A DNA stretch of 64,000 nt, from contig WOVA01000016.1 of NCBI GenBank assembly GCA_009773155.1, positions 25,507 to 89,506 on the forward strand, read 5' to 3'. The notes beneath the pieces are model-generated. The model did not search any database. It was not told where the DNA came from and saw nothing but the letters and a program-made list of their open reading frames with translations. Position numbers and translations under genes: made by a program. Positions 46,503 to 54,253 of this stretch are shown piece after piece. Position 1 is the stretch's first letter. Each line of letters starts with the position of its first letter. This stretch comes from Elusimicrobiota bacterium (GTDB lineage: Bacteria; Elusimicrobiota; Elusimicrobia; Elusimicrobiales; UBA9959).

Positions 46503-49313
46503 CTGTCACACAGCCGCAAGCTATTTTATGCCCTGACGCTGGCGCTCCTCTGCCCGGCCGCGGCCCTGGCCGACAATAAGGTCATAATCAGGGACTTCGA
46601 CTGGAAGGTCTATTCCACCGACCATTTCGACGTCCATTATTACGCCGAGTCCGAGGGTTGGCACCGCTTCGCCGCCGCCGTGCTGGAGGACGCCTACCGG
46701 ACCACCGGGCTCTCGCTCAACCCCAAACTGGACAAGCGCATTCCCTTCTTCCTCTACGCCTCCATAAACGACATGCAGCAGTCCAATATCGCCGATACCG
46801 GCGACGGCGTGGGCGGCGTGACCGAGGCCTTCAAGGACCGCTTCATGGTCTGGTCGGACGGCTCGCGCGAATGGCTGGAGGACGTCATCCGCCACGAATT
46901 CGCCCACGAGGTGCAGTTCAGCCTGCTTATCGACGGTTTCTGGAAGTCCGCACGCATACTCAAGCTCTACATCTACCCGCTCTGGATGATGGAGGGCATC
47001 GCGGAGTACGCGACCGGCGACCGCGACCTGGCCGTGGAGGAGATGTATATACGCGACGCGGCCGCCGACGGGCGCCTGACCGAGCTGTGGAGGCTCAACC
47101 AGTTCTCCCACCTCAAGCCCCACCAGGTGACCTACGCCTACAAGCTCGGCGGCCAGGCGGTGCGTTTCCTCGCTGAGCAGTACGGCGAAGACCGCGTGGG
47201 CAGGATGCTGGAGCTCTATCGCACCCGCTACGACGCCTCGTCGGTGCTGCTGCCGCTGGTCGGGGCCGACATCTTCGGGTTCGACAGCAGGTTCCGCGAG
47301 CGCACCACCCAGAAGTTCCTGGCCCAGGCGGAGCGCGAGGGGTTGCGCGGGCCGGAGGCCTGGGCCCCGCCGCGCACCGCCAACAAATATCCGGGTATAC
47401 CGGAGTTCAACCTCAGCCCCGCCCGCGCGGCGGGGACGCTGGCCTGGCTCTCTACGGAAGAAGGCCATCCGCCCGTGGTGAAGGCGCTCCGGCCCGGCGA
47501 TAAAAAAGCGCGGGTCCTGCGCGGCCTCTCCGCCGGCGCGGAGAACATCCCCTACGGCCGCTTCACCAAGCCGCTGCGTTCGCTCTCGCTCTCTCCGGAC
47601 GGGCGCTGGGCCGTTTTTTCCGGCCAGCGCAACCACCGCGAGGGTATTTACGCCTGGGACCTGGAGACCGGCCGCTCGGCGCGCCTGGGCCCCGAAGGCC
47701 TGGAGGAAACCCGCCAGCCGCATTTTTCCCCCGACGGGAAGCGGCTGGTCTTCGTCGGCATGAAAGGCGGCTTCAACGACCTCTACGAGATGGATTTCCA
47801 CGGCCTGGAAAAAGTGCGGGCCGCGCGCCGGCTGACCGAAGACCGGGACGACGAGTCCTCGCCCACCTTCGCGCCGGACGGTGCGATATACTTCTCCTGC
47901 GAATTGCCGGTCTCGTCGGCGCCCGTCCGGGGTCTCTGCTCGCTGGCGCCGGGGGGAGAGAAGAAAGTCGAGCTGACGCTGGACGGCAGCGTCTACGATC
48001 CTGCGGTCTCGCCCGACGGCTCCAGGGTTATCTTCACCTGCGACAGGGAGAATATCTTCGACCTCTACGAGTACGAGCCGGCCTCGGGCGCGGTGACCCG
48101 GCTGACGCGCTCGCTGGGCGGCTCCTTCACCCCTTCCTACGGCGAAGGGGGGGAGATAGTCTTCGCGGCCTTCCGCGGCGGCGAGATGAACGTCCATTCC
48201 GGCCCCCGTGAAAATTTCCTCTCCGAGGTCGTAGTGCCGCCGGCAGACGGTACGGGGACACCATGCGCCATGGTGTCCCTTCCTGATGCCTTCGGCGTAT
48301 ACCGGCCCTACCGCTTCAGAGCCTCCACGGACCTGTTCTTCCCGGCCTTCCTGTTCTCCTCGCCCGGCGGGCTTTTCTGGATGAACTACTGGCAGGCCTC
48401 CGACATGCTGGGCGACCACAAGGCCGGGCTCTTCCTCACCTATAATTCCGGCGCTCCCTACCTCAGTTACCAGTTCGACTACACCTACGGCCCGCACAGG
48501 ACGCGGTTCTATTTCTCGGCTGCGGGCCTGTCCTCCGAAGGGAACAAGGACGCGCTGTCGCTGGAATACGACAAGCGCTGGTCGAGGCAGATAGCGGGCG
48601 CCTCGTATCCTTTCGACCGCTATAACGGCGCCCTGCTCTATCTGATACGCAAGAATGAGAAGACCGAATACACCGACGTAGACTATGCCTACAGGAACGA
48701 CGTGCGCGCGGCGCAGCTGGCTTACTTCCGCGACACCGCCAACGGCGTCTACCTGCTGGCCAACCGCGGCTCGCGCCTGCAGCTGAGCTGGATAAAAGCC
48801 GTCGAAAAGTTCGGCGGCAACAGGCGCTACGACGCCTATGTCGGCGAGCTGACCAAATTCTTCCCGCTGAGCAAGCAGGCCACGCTGGTCAACCGCCTTT
48901 TCGCGGCCGAGAGCTTCGGCCGGGACCGCGACGCTTTCGACTACGGCGGCCTGTCCGGCGTGCGCGGCTACGCCCGCCGCAACGGGGCCAACGAGGCCGG
49001 GCGGGTGCTGGTCAACAACCTGGAGTGGCGCTTCCCTCTCTTCGAGGACCTCAACTATTATATGTGGTATATGTTCCCCGATTTTTATTTCAAGACCATC
49101 TTCGCCAAGGTTTTCGTCGACTCGGCCGTCCCGCTTCAGCCCCAGGGGTCCTGGCGGTTCAGCGCGGACGACGCGATAACTTCCGTGGGTTTCGGCGTGA
49201 ACGTGCACACCTTCATCCTGCAGGCTTTCCCGCTGGTGCTGAGCCTGGATTACGCGCGCCGGCTGGACGACGGAGGGTACATAGTGTATTTCTACCTGGG
49301 CCCGCTTTTCTGA
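46503..49313 (+). CDS. Composite outer-membrane protein: HExxH peptidase-like module + PD40/TolB-like propeller repeats + Omp85/BamA-like C-terminal barrel (start uncertain, possibly CTG)
   Basis: VIRHEFAHEVQF (HExxH), PD40 repeats (SPDGRWAVFSG, FSPDGKRLVF, FAPDGAIYF, VSPDGSRVIF), and the barrel end ...IVYFYLGPLF. The signal-peptide-like SHSRKLFYALTLALLCPAAALA is encoded in-frame upstream of the first ATG (46680). The only in-frame candidate start there is CTG 46503. Confidence 0.8.
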   Translation: MSHSRKLFYALTLALLCPAAALADNKVIIRDFDWKVYSTDHFDVHYYAESEGWHRFAAAVLEDAYRTTGLSLNPKLDKRIPFFLYASINDMQQSNIADTGDGVGGVTEAFKDRFMVWSDGSREWLEDVIRHEFAHEVQFSLLIDGFWKSARILKLYIYPLWMMEGIAEYATGDRDLAVEEMYIRDAAADGRLTELWRLNQFSHLKPHQVTYAYKLGGQAVRFLAEQYGEDRVGRMLELYRTRYDASSVLLPLVGADIFGFDSRFRERTTQKFLAQAEREGLRGPEAWAPPRTANKYPGIPEFNLSPARAAGTLAWLSTEEGHPPVVKALRPGDKKARVLRGLSAGAENIPYGRFTKPLRSLSLSPDGRWAVFSGQRNHREGIYAWDLETGRSARLGPEGLEETRQPHFSPDGKRLVFVGMKGGFNDLYEMDFHGLEKVRAARRLTEDRDDESSPTFAPDGAIYFSCELPVSSAPVRGLCSLAPGGEKKVELTLDGSVYDPAVSPDGSRVIFTCDRENIFDLYEYEPASGAVTRLTRSLGGSFTPSYGEGGEIVFAAFRGGEMNVHSGPRENFLSEVVVPPADGTGTPCAMVSLPDAFGVYRPYRFRASTDLFFPAFLFSSPGGLFWMNYWQASDMLGDHKAGLFLTYNSGAPYLSYQFDYTYGPHRTRFYFSAAGLSSEGNKDALSLEYDKRWSRQIAGASYPFDRYNGALLYLIRKNEKTEYTDVDYAYRNDVRAAQLAYFRDTANGVYLLANRGSRLQLSWIKAVEKFGGNRRYDAYVGELTKFFPLSKQATLVNRLFAAESFGRDRDAFDYGGLSGVRGYARRNGANEAGRVLVNNLEWRFPLFEDLNYYMWYMFPDFYFKTIFAKVFVDSAVPLQPQGSWRFSADDAITSVGFGVNVHTFILQAFPLVLSLDYARRLDDGGYIVYFYLGPLF
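48255..48279. repeat. GGGACACC-family palindrome copy inside the Omp85-like CDS
   Basis: gggacaccatg-cgc-catggtgtccc. The extended 46-nt unit 48245..48290 encodes DGTGTPCAMVSLPDA between the propeller and barrel parts. Confidence 0.88.
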
Positions 49314-49340
49314 CCTATGTTTTATGATAAAATCCTAACT

Positions 49341-50420
49341 ATGAAACACATACTGACTTTTATTTCCCCACTGCTCCTGGCGGGCGCTCTCTTTGTCCCG
49401 GCCGCGGCCCAGACCGCGCCGGCAAAAAAAGCCGCCTCGCCGGCCCCCAAAGCCGCCGCGCCGGCCCCAAAAGCCGCCCCCGCGGCCAAGAAGGCGGCCG
49501 CCGCCGCGCCTAAAGCGGCGCCCGCGGTAGCGGCGTCCACCCCTACCCCGAAAACGCCTTTCGAGGAAGCCACGGACAACCTGAAAGCGGCCGACGCCGC
49601 CACCCGCCGCCAGGGCGCCGACGCGCTGGGCCGCCTGCGCGACGGCAAGGCCGAGCCGCTGCTCCTGAAAGCGCTCTCCGACGAGAGCGCGCCGGTCCGC
49701 GCGGCCGCGGCCGACTCTCTGGGCATGCTCAGGTCGCGCGGAGCCGTGCCGGTACTGGCGAAGATGCTGACGGACGACAAGGACCCTTCCGCCAGACAGG
49801 CGGCGGCCATCTCCCTTTCCTATATCGGCGATCCCGCGGCCGGCGACGCGCTGGTGAAAGCGCTCAAGGACGAGGCTCCCGGCGTGCGCTACGCCGCCGC
49901 GCGCACCCTCGGCGTCATCCGCTACGCCAAGGCGGAGGACGCGCTGATAGTTTTCCTCGACGGGAAGGACCTTAATATGCGCCGCGGCGCCGCCGCCACG
50001 CTGGGCCAGCTGCGCTCCGTCAAGGCGCTGGACGGCCTCTACGTCGCGGTCCGCGACGAAGACAGGTTCCTGCGGCTGGAGTCGGTCAAGGCCATAGGAG
50101 AGATAGGCGACAAGGCCGCCGTTCCCGCCCTGTCCAAGGCCCTCGCCGACAAAGACCAGAGCGTGAGCATAGAAGCCGCGCTCGCGCTGGCTAAACTGGG
50201 CAGCGACGAGGGGCTCAAGGCCGCCTACGAACTGATAAAGTCTCCCGAGATGCCCGTAAAGCAGCAGGCGGCTAATGTCATAGCCCTGATGGGCAATGAG
50301 AAGAGCGTTAAGGTCCTCGACGAGGTCTACGCCGCGGAGAAGGACGAGAATTCGAAGATGCTCATAGATTACGCCAGGCAGAGGCTCGCCGCCCGCCTGC
50401 GGCTGCAGAAACAGCAGTAG
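49341..50420 (+). CDS. Secreted HEAT-repeat (PBS-lyase-type) protein with Ala/Pro/Lys-rich N-terminal region
   Basis: Signal peptide MKHILTFISPLLLAGALFVPAAA, an AKKAA/APKAA low-complexity tract, then repeated ..VR..AA.ALG....A.P.L...L.D units. Confidence 0.8.
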   Translation: MKHILTFISPLLLAGALFVPAAAQTAPAKKAASPAPKAAAPAPKAAPAAKKAAAAAPKAAPAVAASTPTPKTPFEEATDNLKAADAATRRQGADALGRLRDGKAEPLLLKALSDESAPVRAAAADSLGMLRSRGAVPVLAKMLTDDKDPSARQAAAISLSYIGDPAAGDALVKALKDEAPGVRYAAARTLGVIRYAKAEDALIVFLDGKDLNMRRGAAATLGQLRSVKALDGLYVAVRDEDRFLRLESVKAIGEIGDKAAVPALSKALADKDQSVSIEAALALAKLGSDEGLKAAYELIKSPEMPVKQQAANVIALMGNEKSVKVLDEVYAAEKDENSKMLIDYARQRLAARLRLQKQQ

Positions 50421-50446
50421 GCCCGTCCGGGCCTCCCCACAGCGAT

Positions 50447-50815
50447 ATGGCAAAGAAGTCCCGCAAGCGCGCCAAGGCCGCCCAGGAGAAGGGCGCCGCC
50501 GCGCGCGGCGCGTATTTAACCGGCACGCCCTTAGACGGTACGGGGACGCCATGCGGCAGGGTGTCCCCCGCCGATGCCGGGGGGGAGATAAGCGGCGCGG
50601 GCTGGCTGATAGTGGCCGTTTCGGTCATCACCGCCGTCGTCGGCTACTTCCTGCTCTCCAAAGCCGCTCCCGAAGGCCGCGACCTCTACTCCAATCTCTC
50701 TCCTTTCGTGATCCTGGCCGGCTATATAGGCGTAGCCGTGGGAATAATGTGGCCGGGACGGCGGGGGGAGGGGGAGGAATACCCTGCTTCCGCCGGCGAA
50801 AAGTTCCCGGCCTGA
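50447..50815 (+). CDS. Small hypothetical membrane protein (two TM helices) containing a palindrome-derived segment
   Basis: Basic N-terminus, then two TMs (GWLIVAVSVITAVVGYFLL, FVILAGYIGVAVGIMW). Residues DGTGTPCGRVSPADA are encoded by the repeat. Confidence 0.5.
   Translation: MAKKSRKRAKAAQEKGAAARGAYLTGTPLDGTGTPCGRVSPADAGGEISGAGWLIVAVSVITAVVGYFLLSKAAPEGRDLYSNLSPFVILAGYIGVAVGIMWPGRRGEGEEYPASAGEKFPA
50542..50568. repeat. Degenerate GGGGAC-family palindrome copy inside the small membrane-protein ORF
   Basis: ggggacgccatgcggcagggtgtcccc. By hand alignment, the extended unit 50533..50578 matches 48245..48290 at 39 of 46 positions. Confidence 0.65.
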
Positions 50816-50917
50816 TTTCACCCCTTTTTTTGCTTCTTTTCCCCTCTTTTTCATTAAAATTGCCGTAGCCGGTCTTTTCCGGATACCCTGAAAAGCGCCT
50901 TCCGGCTTTGCTCACAT

Positions 50918-51328
50918 ACCATGAAACCCCCGTGCCCGGGTCCGCCGGGCTTTCCGGGGCCTTTCATGGTATTTTTTTTCTCCTCCTAAATTCCGCCGTC
51001 CCGCCCCTGCCCCTGGTCTGGCCGCCTGTATTGCCTCCAGGGCCTTTCATGGTGTTTTCGATCGCGGTCTTTTTCGCCTCCCCCCGGCCCTCCCTTTGCC
51101 TGTTCGGCTTTCATGGTATTTTTAAACTTCCGGTTTTTCAGGCTGCTTCCGGGCTCTTTCCAGGGTCCTGGGCGGGCAGCTCTTTCATGGTATTTTCAGC
51201 CTGGCGGGGGGAGAGGGCCTATTCGGGCGTATAGGCCCCCCGGCCTTTCCAGGGTTTCCGGAAAGTTGGCAAGTTTTTGGCTTCTTTGGATCCGCGGCCC
51301 ATGAAAGCCGGGGGAGGTCTTTCATGGT
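50918..51328. repeat. Iteron-like array: 7 copies of CTTTCATGG(T) plus 2 CTTTCCAGGGT variants at irregular spacing
   Basis: Forward copies at 50961, 51044, 51108, 51182 and 51319. Reverse copies at 50918 and 51299. Variants at 51156 and 51245. The flanks favour GGCCTTTCATGGTATTTT. Confidence 0.8.
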
Positions 51329-51583
51329 TTTTTTGAAGTCGCGATTTTGAGCCTCCTGGCCGGATCTCTTGGTTTCAAGTTTTCAAAAAGTTGGCAACTT
51401 TTTTGGAAATTCCGCGGCCGGTCACCAGTAACCAGCTGGCAGGGCATATATAAGGAGACTGCTATTAATAAAAAACTATATTTTGTATTAGGGTTTCTCA
51501 AAAAAGCATTATAAAACAATGCTTTTCGTAAAAACATTAAAACCAATTATAACTTCACCCCAACCCCGCAAAGGGGATGTTCT

Positions 51584-51611
51584 AGTTAACATAATATATC
51601 TTATCGTAAGT
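51584..51611 (-). other. dif-like XerC/XerD recombination site candidate
   Basis: The minus strand reads ACTTACGATAA-GATATA-TTATGTTAACT. By hand alignment from memory, the XerD arm matches E. coli dif at 10/11 (TTATGTTAAAT), and the whole site matches B. subtilis dif (ACTTCCTAGAATATATATTATGTAAACT) at 23/28. It is embedded in an AT-rich tract. Confidence 0.6.
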
Positions 51612-51927
51612 TGGGGATAGGGGACGCTGATTACTAAATGACTAACCGGTATGTGGATCCGGAGCCTTGCGGATCGGCCTGTTCCCGGCTGTTTTGTTGG
51701 CTGGATGCGTCGGAGCCGCCGGAGCCCTTTCGGTCAGGCCGGGCGCAGTGCTCCCGGCACCGACTGCGGGCATTGCCGCCCTGTTCCGGGCTCGCGGCGG
51801 CTTGGTGGTATTTGGTTGCTGGCTTTTCCCCGGATCTCCGGGGCTTCTGGCGGGCTGTTTTTGGGCTTTCCGGGGTTCTTCCGGGGTCGTTCTGGTTGGC
51901 CCCGGGCCTGCTCTTTTTGGCCGATTC

Positions 51928-52431
51928 TCAGCCCTCGCTGTCGGCTATTTTCTTGAGCTTCATGGCCGCGCCCCAGGCCTTCTCCATGCCTCGCTGGGTT
52001 ATGGCGTAGGTCCGGCCGCGCTTGCTGCCGCTGGCCGTTATCAGGCCTTCTTTGATGTACCGGGCTATCAGCCTGTCCAGCCTGTCCGGGGCATAGCCGG
52101 AGGCTTTTATGGCCCTGGACAGGGTTATGGCTCCGGTCTCCTGCCTGCCTTCCAGCAGCCTGTAGGCGGCCGACAGGGCCAGGAAAGCCTCTTCCGGGGC
52201 TATCTCCGGGCTCTTGTTGCGCAGCTGCAGCAGGCCTGCCTTGGTCACGGTTATGGCCTGCCAGAGCCCCGGCTCCTGGCCGGGCTCCGCGGGCCTGGAC
52301 GCTGTCGTCCGGCCGGGGCCGGAAATCTCTTCAATAAAACCGCGCTTCTCGTTTATTATGAAATCCAGCGGGCCCTCGGCCTCGAATTCGGCGCCGGAAG
52401 GGTGTTTAATCCTGAGCTTATAGTTTTCCAT
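51928..52431 (-). CDS. Hypothetical protein with C-terminal winged-helix-like DNA-binding region
   Basis: 167 aa. The C-terminal RLDRLIARYIKEGLITASGSKRGRTYAITQRGMEKA resembles MarR/PadR-type wHTH recognition-helix-plus-wing patterns. It is the only credible ORF in the 50.8-52.7 kb island. Confidence 0.6.
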   Translation of the reverse strand: MENYKLRIKHPSGAEFEAEGPLDFIINEKRGFIEEISGPGRTTASRPAEPGQEPGLWQAITVTKAGLLQLRNKSPEIAPEEAFLALSAAYRLLEGRQETGAITLSRAIKASGYAPDRLDRLIARYIKEGLITASGSKRGRTYAITQRGMEKAWGAAMKLKKIADSEG

Positions 52432-52479
52432 AGTATTTCCCTGCCAGTTCTTAGCTTCTTAACAGTCACCTATGTCATT

Positions 52480-52508
52480 ATTCTATCTTATGCGTTGTTA
52501 TATGTCAA
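52480..52508 (-). promoter_or_regulatory. Sigma-70-type promoter for the wHTH gene
   Basis: The minus strand reads TTGACA, a 17-nt spacer, then TAGAAT. A second TTGACATAT box and the inverted repeat CATATGGC-N12-GCCATAT lie just upstream (52509-52545). Confidence 0.55.
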
Positions 52509-52720
52509 TATATGGCAGACACATGACGGCCATATGTCAACAGGTTGTGGATAGCTTTGGGGATATCCCGGGTCACGGGGCGGTTCTCATTGGGAAAAAG
52601 TGGGTATCCGGGGGGCGTCGGAGGCGTCTCCGGGTGCCTGATATGCACAGGAATCGGGCTGTATTTTGGGCTCCCGGGGGCGGGAGGCCTGTGTGACCTG
52701 GGTTACAGGGGCCGGAAGGG

Positions 52721-54028
52721 CTAGAAACGGGCCTGTACGTAGGCTGAGATAAGCTTTGACTTGTCGTCGGTGGGGTAGAGGCCGCCGGGGGTGAAGACGG
52801 CGTAAACGCCCTTTAGAACGAGGTCCTTGTCTATCGGCCAGGCCACGGCCAGGTCCAGCTCGGTGCCCAGCTGCCGGTTGCCGCTGTTTATGTTCTTGGA
52901 GGCCCGGTACTTGAAATAGTCCACCGAGAGCACCAGCCGCTTATACGGCATATCGGCGCCGAGATTGATCACATTGAGACCCGAAACCCCCTCGGGCATG
53001 CCGTTGACCGTGCCGGAGGTCTTGATAGTGTCGTAGAGGCTGGCGCCCATTATGGCGCCGTAGCCGCCCCGCTCCAGGCCGCCGTCGCTTTTCGAGCCGA
53101 AGGAGGGGAAAAAAGCCTTGTCCTTCCCCCCCGCGGCGTGGGGATTGCCGCTGGACCGGCCATAGGCCAGGCGGAAGCGGGAGGAGCCGAAGAAGCCGAG
53201 CGGCTGGTTCCACGACCCCTTCATCATAAAGGCCGCGCCCTCGTACTCCACTTTGGTGCCGTCGGTCTTCTTGCCCGAGCCGCCCTGCATGACGAACTCG
53301 CCGTCGAACTCCAGCTGGCTGCGGCTCATGAAATAGCGTACGCCGGTATAACTGCGGTTCCTGGACGAGGCGGTATAATCCAGCGCCGTTACATTGGAGG
53401 CGGTATTCTCCCGGAAGTAGTAGAACTGCCAGACGCCTTCGTCGGAGGGATGGTACAGGCTGGCGCCAAAAACGGTGTAGGCCGCCGTGGACTTGTAGGG
53501 CCGGAAGGCGAAGAGGCCGGTCTTGAGGCCGAAGAGGCTGTCGGCTTCCAGCCGCGCGCCGGGGAAGCCCTGGTCGTTCGACGAGAGGGTAATGCCCTGG
53601 CCCAGCCTGAAGTCCTGCCGGCCCAGCGTGGCCGTCAGGCCGCGGCGGCCGAAATTGTAGATCTTCACATACGCGTTGCGGACGAAAGGCGAGCCGTTTA
53701 TACTGCTGTACCTGGCTGCGCCGTCCTGGAACTGCGGCGCGCCGATGGTGCTGGAGGCACCGCCGGTGCCCATGCTCTGGAATACTACGCCCAGGTCCAT
53801 GGTGGAGATGGGCCGGCGCGGCAGGGTTATGCCCTTGACCACGAAGCCCAGCGAGGTGTGCTCGGTATAGATGGTCTCGCTGTTGCGGGCGTTTATATAG
53901 AGGAGGTCCTCGTAGGACGAGGCCTTCACGCGTATGTCGGAGACTATGTCCAGCTTGACGGCATTGGCATTGCCGGAAAGGGCGAAAAGGGATGCCAGTG
54001 CCGAGGAGATAACGATATGCCGCTTCAT
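52721..54028 (-). CDS. Outer-membrane beta-barrel protein (alginate-export/porin-like)
   Basis: Signal peptide MKRHIVISSALASLFALSGNANA, an aromatic-rich alternating strand pattern, and a C-terminal ...YVQARF. Confidence 0.75.
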   Translation of the reverse strand: MKRHIVISSALASLFALSGNANAVKLDIVSDIRVKASSYEDLLYINARNSETIYTEHTSLGFVVKGITLPRRPISTMDLGVVFQSMGTGGASSTIGAPQFQDGAARYSSINGSPFVRNAYVKIYNFGRRGLTATLGRQDFRLGQGITLSSNDQGFPGARLEADSLFGLKTGLFAFRPYKSTAAYTVFGASLYHPSDEGVWQFYYFRENTASNVTALDYTASSRNRSYTGVRYFMSRSQLEFDGEFVMQGGSGKKTDGTKVEYEGAAFMMKGSWNQPLGFFGSSRFRLAYGRSSGNPHAAGGKDKAFFPSFGSKSDGGLERGGYGAIMGASLYDTIKTSGTVNGMPEGVSGLNVINLGADMPYKRLVLSVDYFKYRASKNINSGNRQLGTELDLAVAWPIDKDLVLKGVYAVFTPGGLYPTDDKSKLISAYVQARF

Positions 54029-54161
54029 CGGGATTTATTATAACAAAATAGCCGGGGAGTTTCCGGTGAAACTCCCCCCGCGCATAGCGCGGGCACTCCG
54101 TGCGGCATACATCCTCTCGTCCTGTCGCGCATAGCGCTCCGGACTCGACCCGCTGCGCGGG

Positions 54162-54193
54162 TAACTTTAAGTCCCGCAGGGGACTTAAAGTTA
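54162..54193. repeat. Perfect 14-bp-arm hairpin
   Basis: taactttaagtccc-gcag-gggacttaaagtta, preceded by a second small palindrome acccgc-tgc-gcgggt (54148-54162). Confidence 0.7.
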
Positions 54194-54195
54194 GG

Positions 54196-54232
54196 AATAA
54201 AAACCCCGGGGTTTTGAGGCCCCGGGGCTTTT
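54196..54232 (-). terminator. Probable terminator region downstream of porin gene 54254..55612
   Basis: The minus strand reads aaaagccccggggcctcaaaaccccggggtttttatt: GC palindromes followed by a T-run. Confidence 0.5.
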
Positions 54233-54253
54233 ACTCTTAGAACCTTGCGGTTA

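Noticed and set aside
50918-51328. CRISPR array hypothesis for the CTTTCATGGT repeats.
   Set aside because: The conserved core is only about 10-18 nt. The spacing is irregular (about 24-83 bp). Two copies are inverted. No cas genes are present.
51261-51419. Two sigma-54-promoter-like sequences, TTGGCAAGTTTTTGGC at 51265 and TTGGCAACTTTTTTGG at 51390. Each is part of a duplicated unit of about 35 nt ending in tccgcggcc.
   Set aside because: The -24 TGGCA is present, but the invariant -12 GC is replaced by GG and no gene follows. I note the duplication only as part of the island.
51322-52009. ORFs in the island: 51322..51546(-), 51638..52009(+), 51651..51956(+), 51667..52554(+).
   Set aside because: Three mutually overlapping plus-strand frames are open at once, which indicates a composition artefact of G/T-skewed DNA. 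The minus-strand one runs through the AT-rich tract. None has an RBS or a recognisable motif.
50820-52700. Chromosomal origin (oriC) hypothesis for the repeats and AT-rich tract.
   Set aside because: Only two weak DnaA-box-like 9-mers were seen (TGTGGATCC near 51652 and TGTGGATAG near 52547). No dnaA, dnaN or gidA neighbourhood is present. The flanking genes converge rather than diverge, which fits a terminus better.
54088-54112. A ninth copy of the GGGGACACC palindrome (gggcactccgtgcggcatacatcc).
   Set aside because: It is too degenerate to call, because the arms no longer pair. It is mentioned only as a possible decayed copy.
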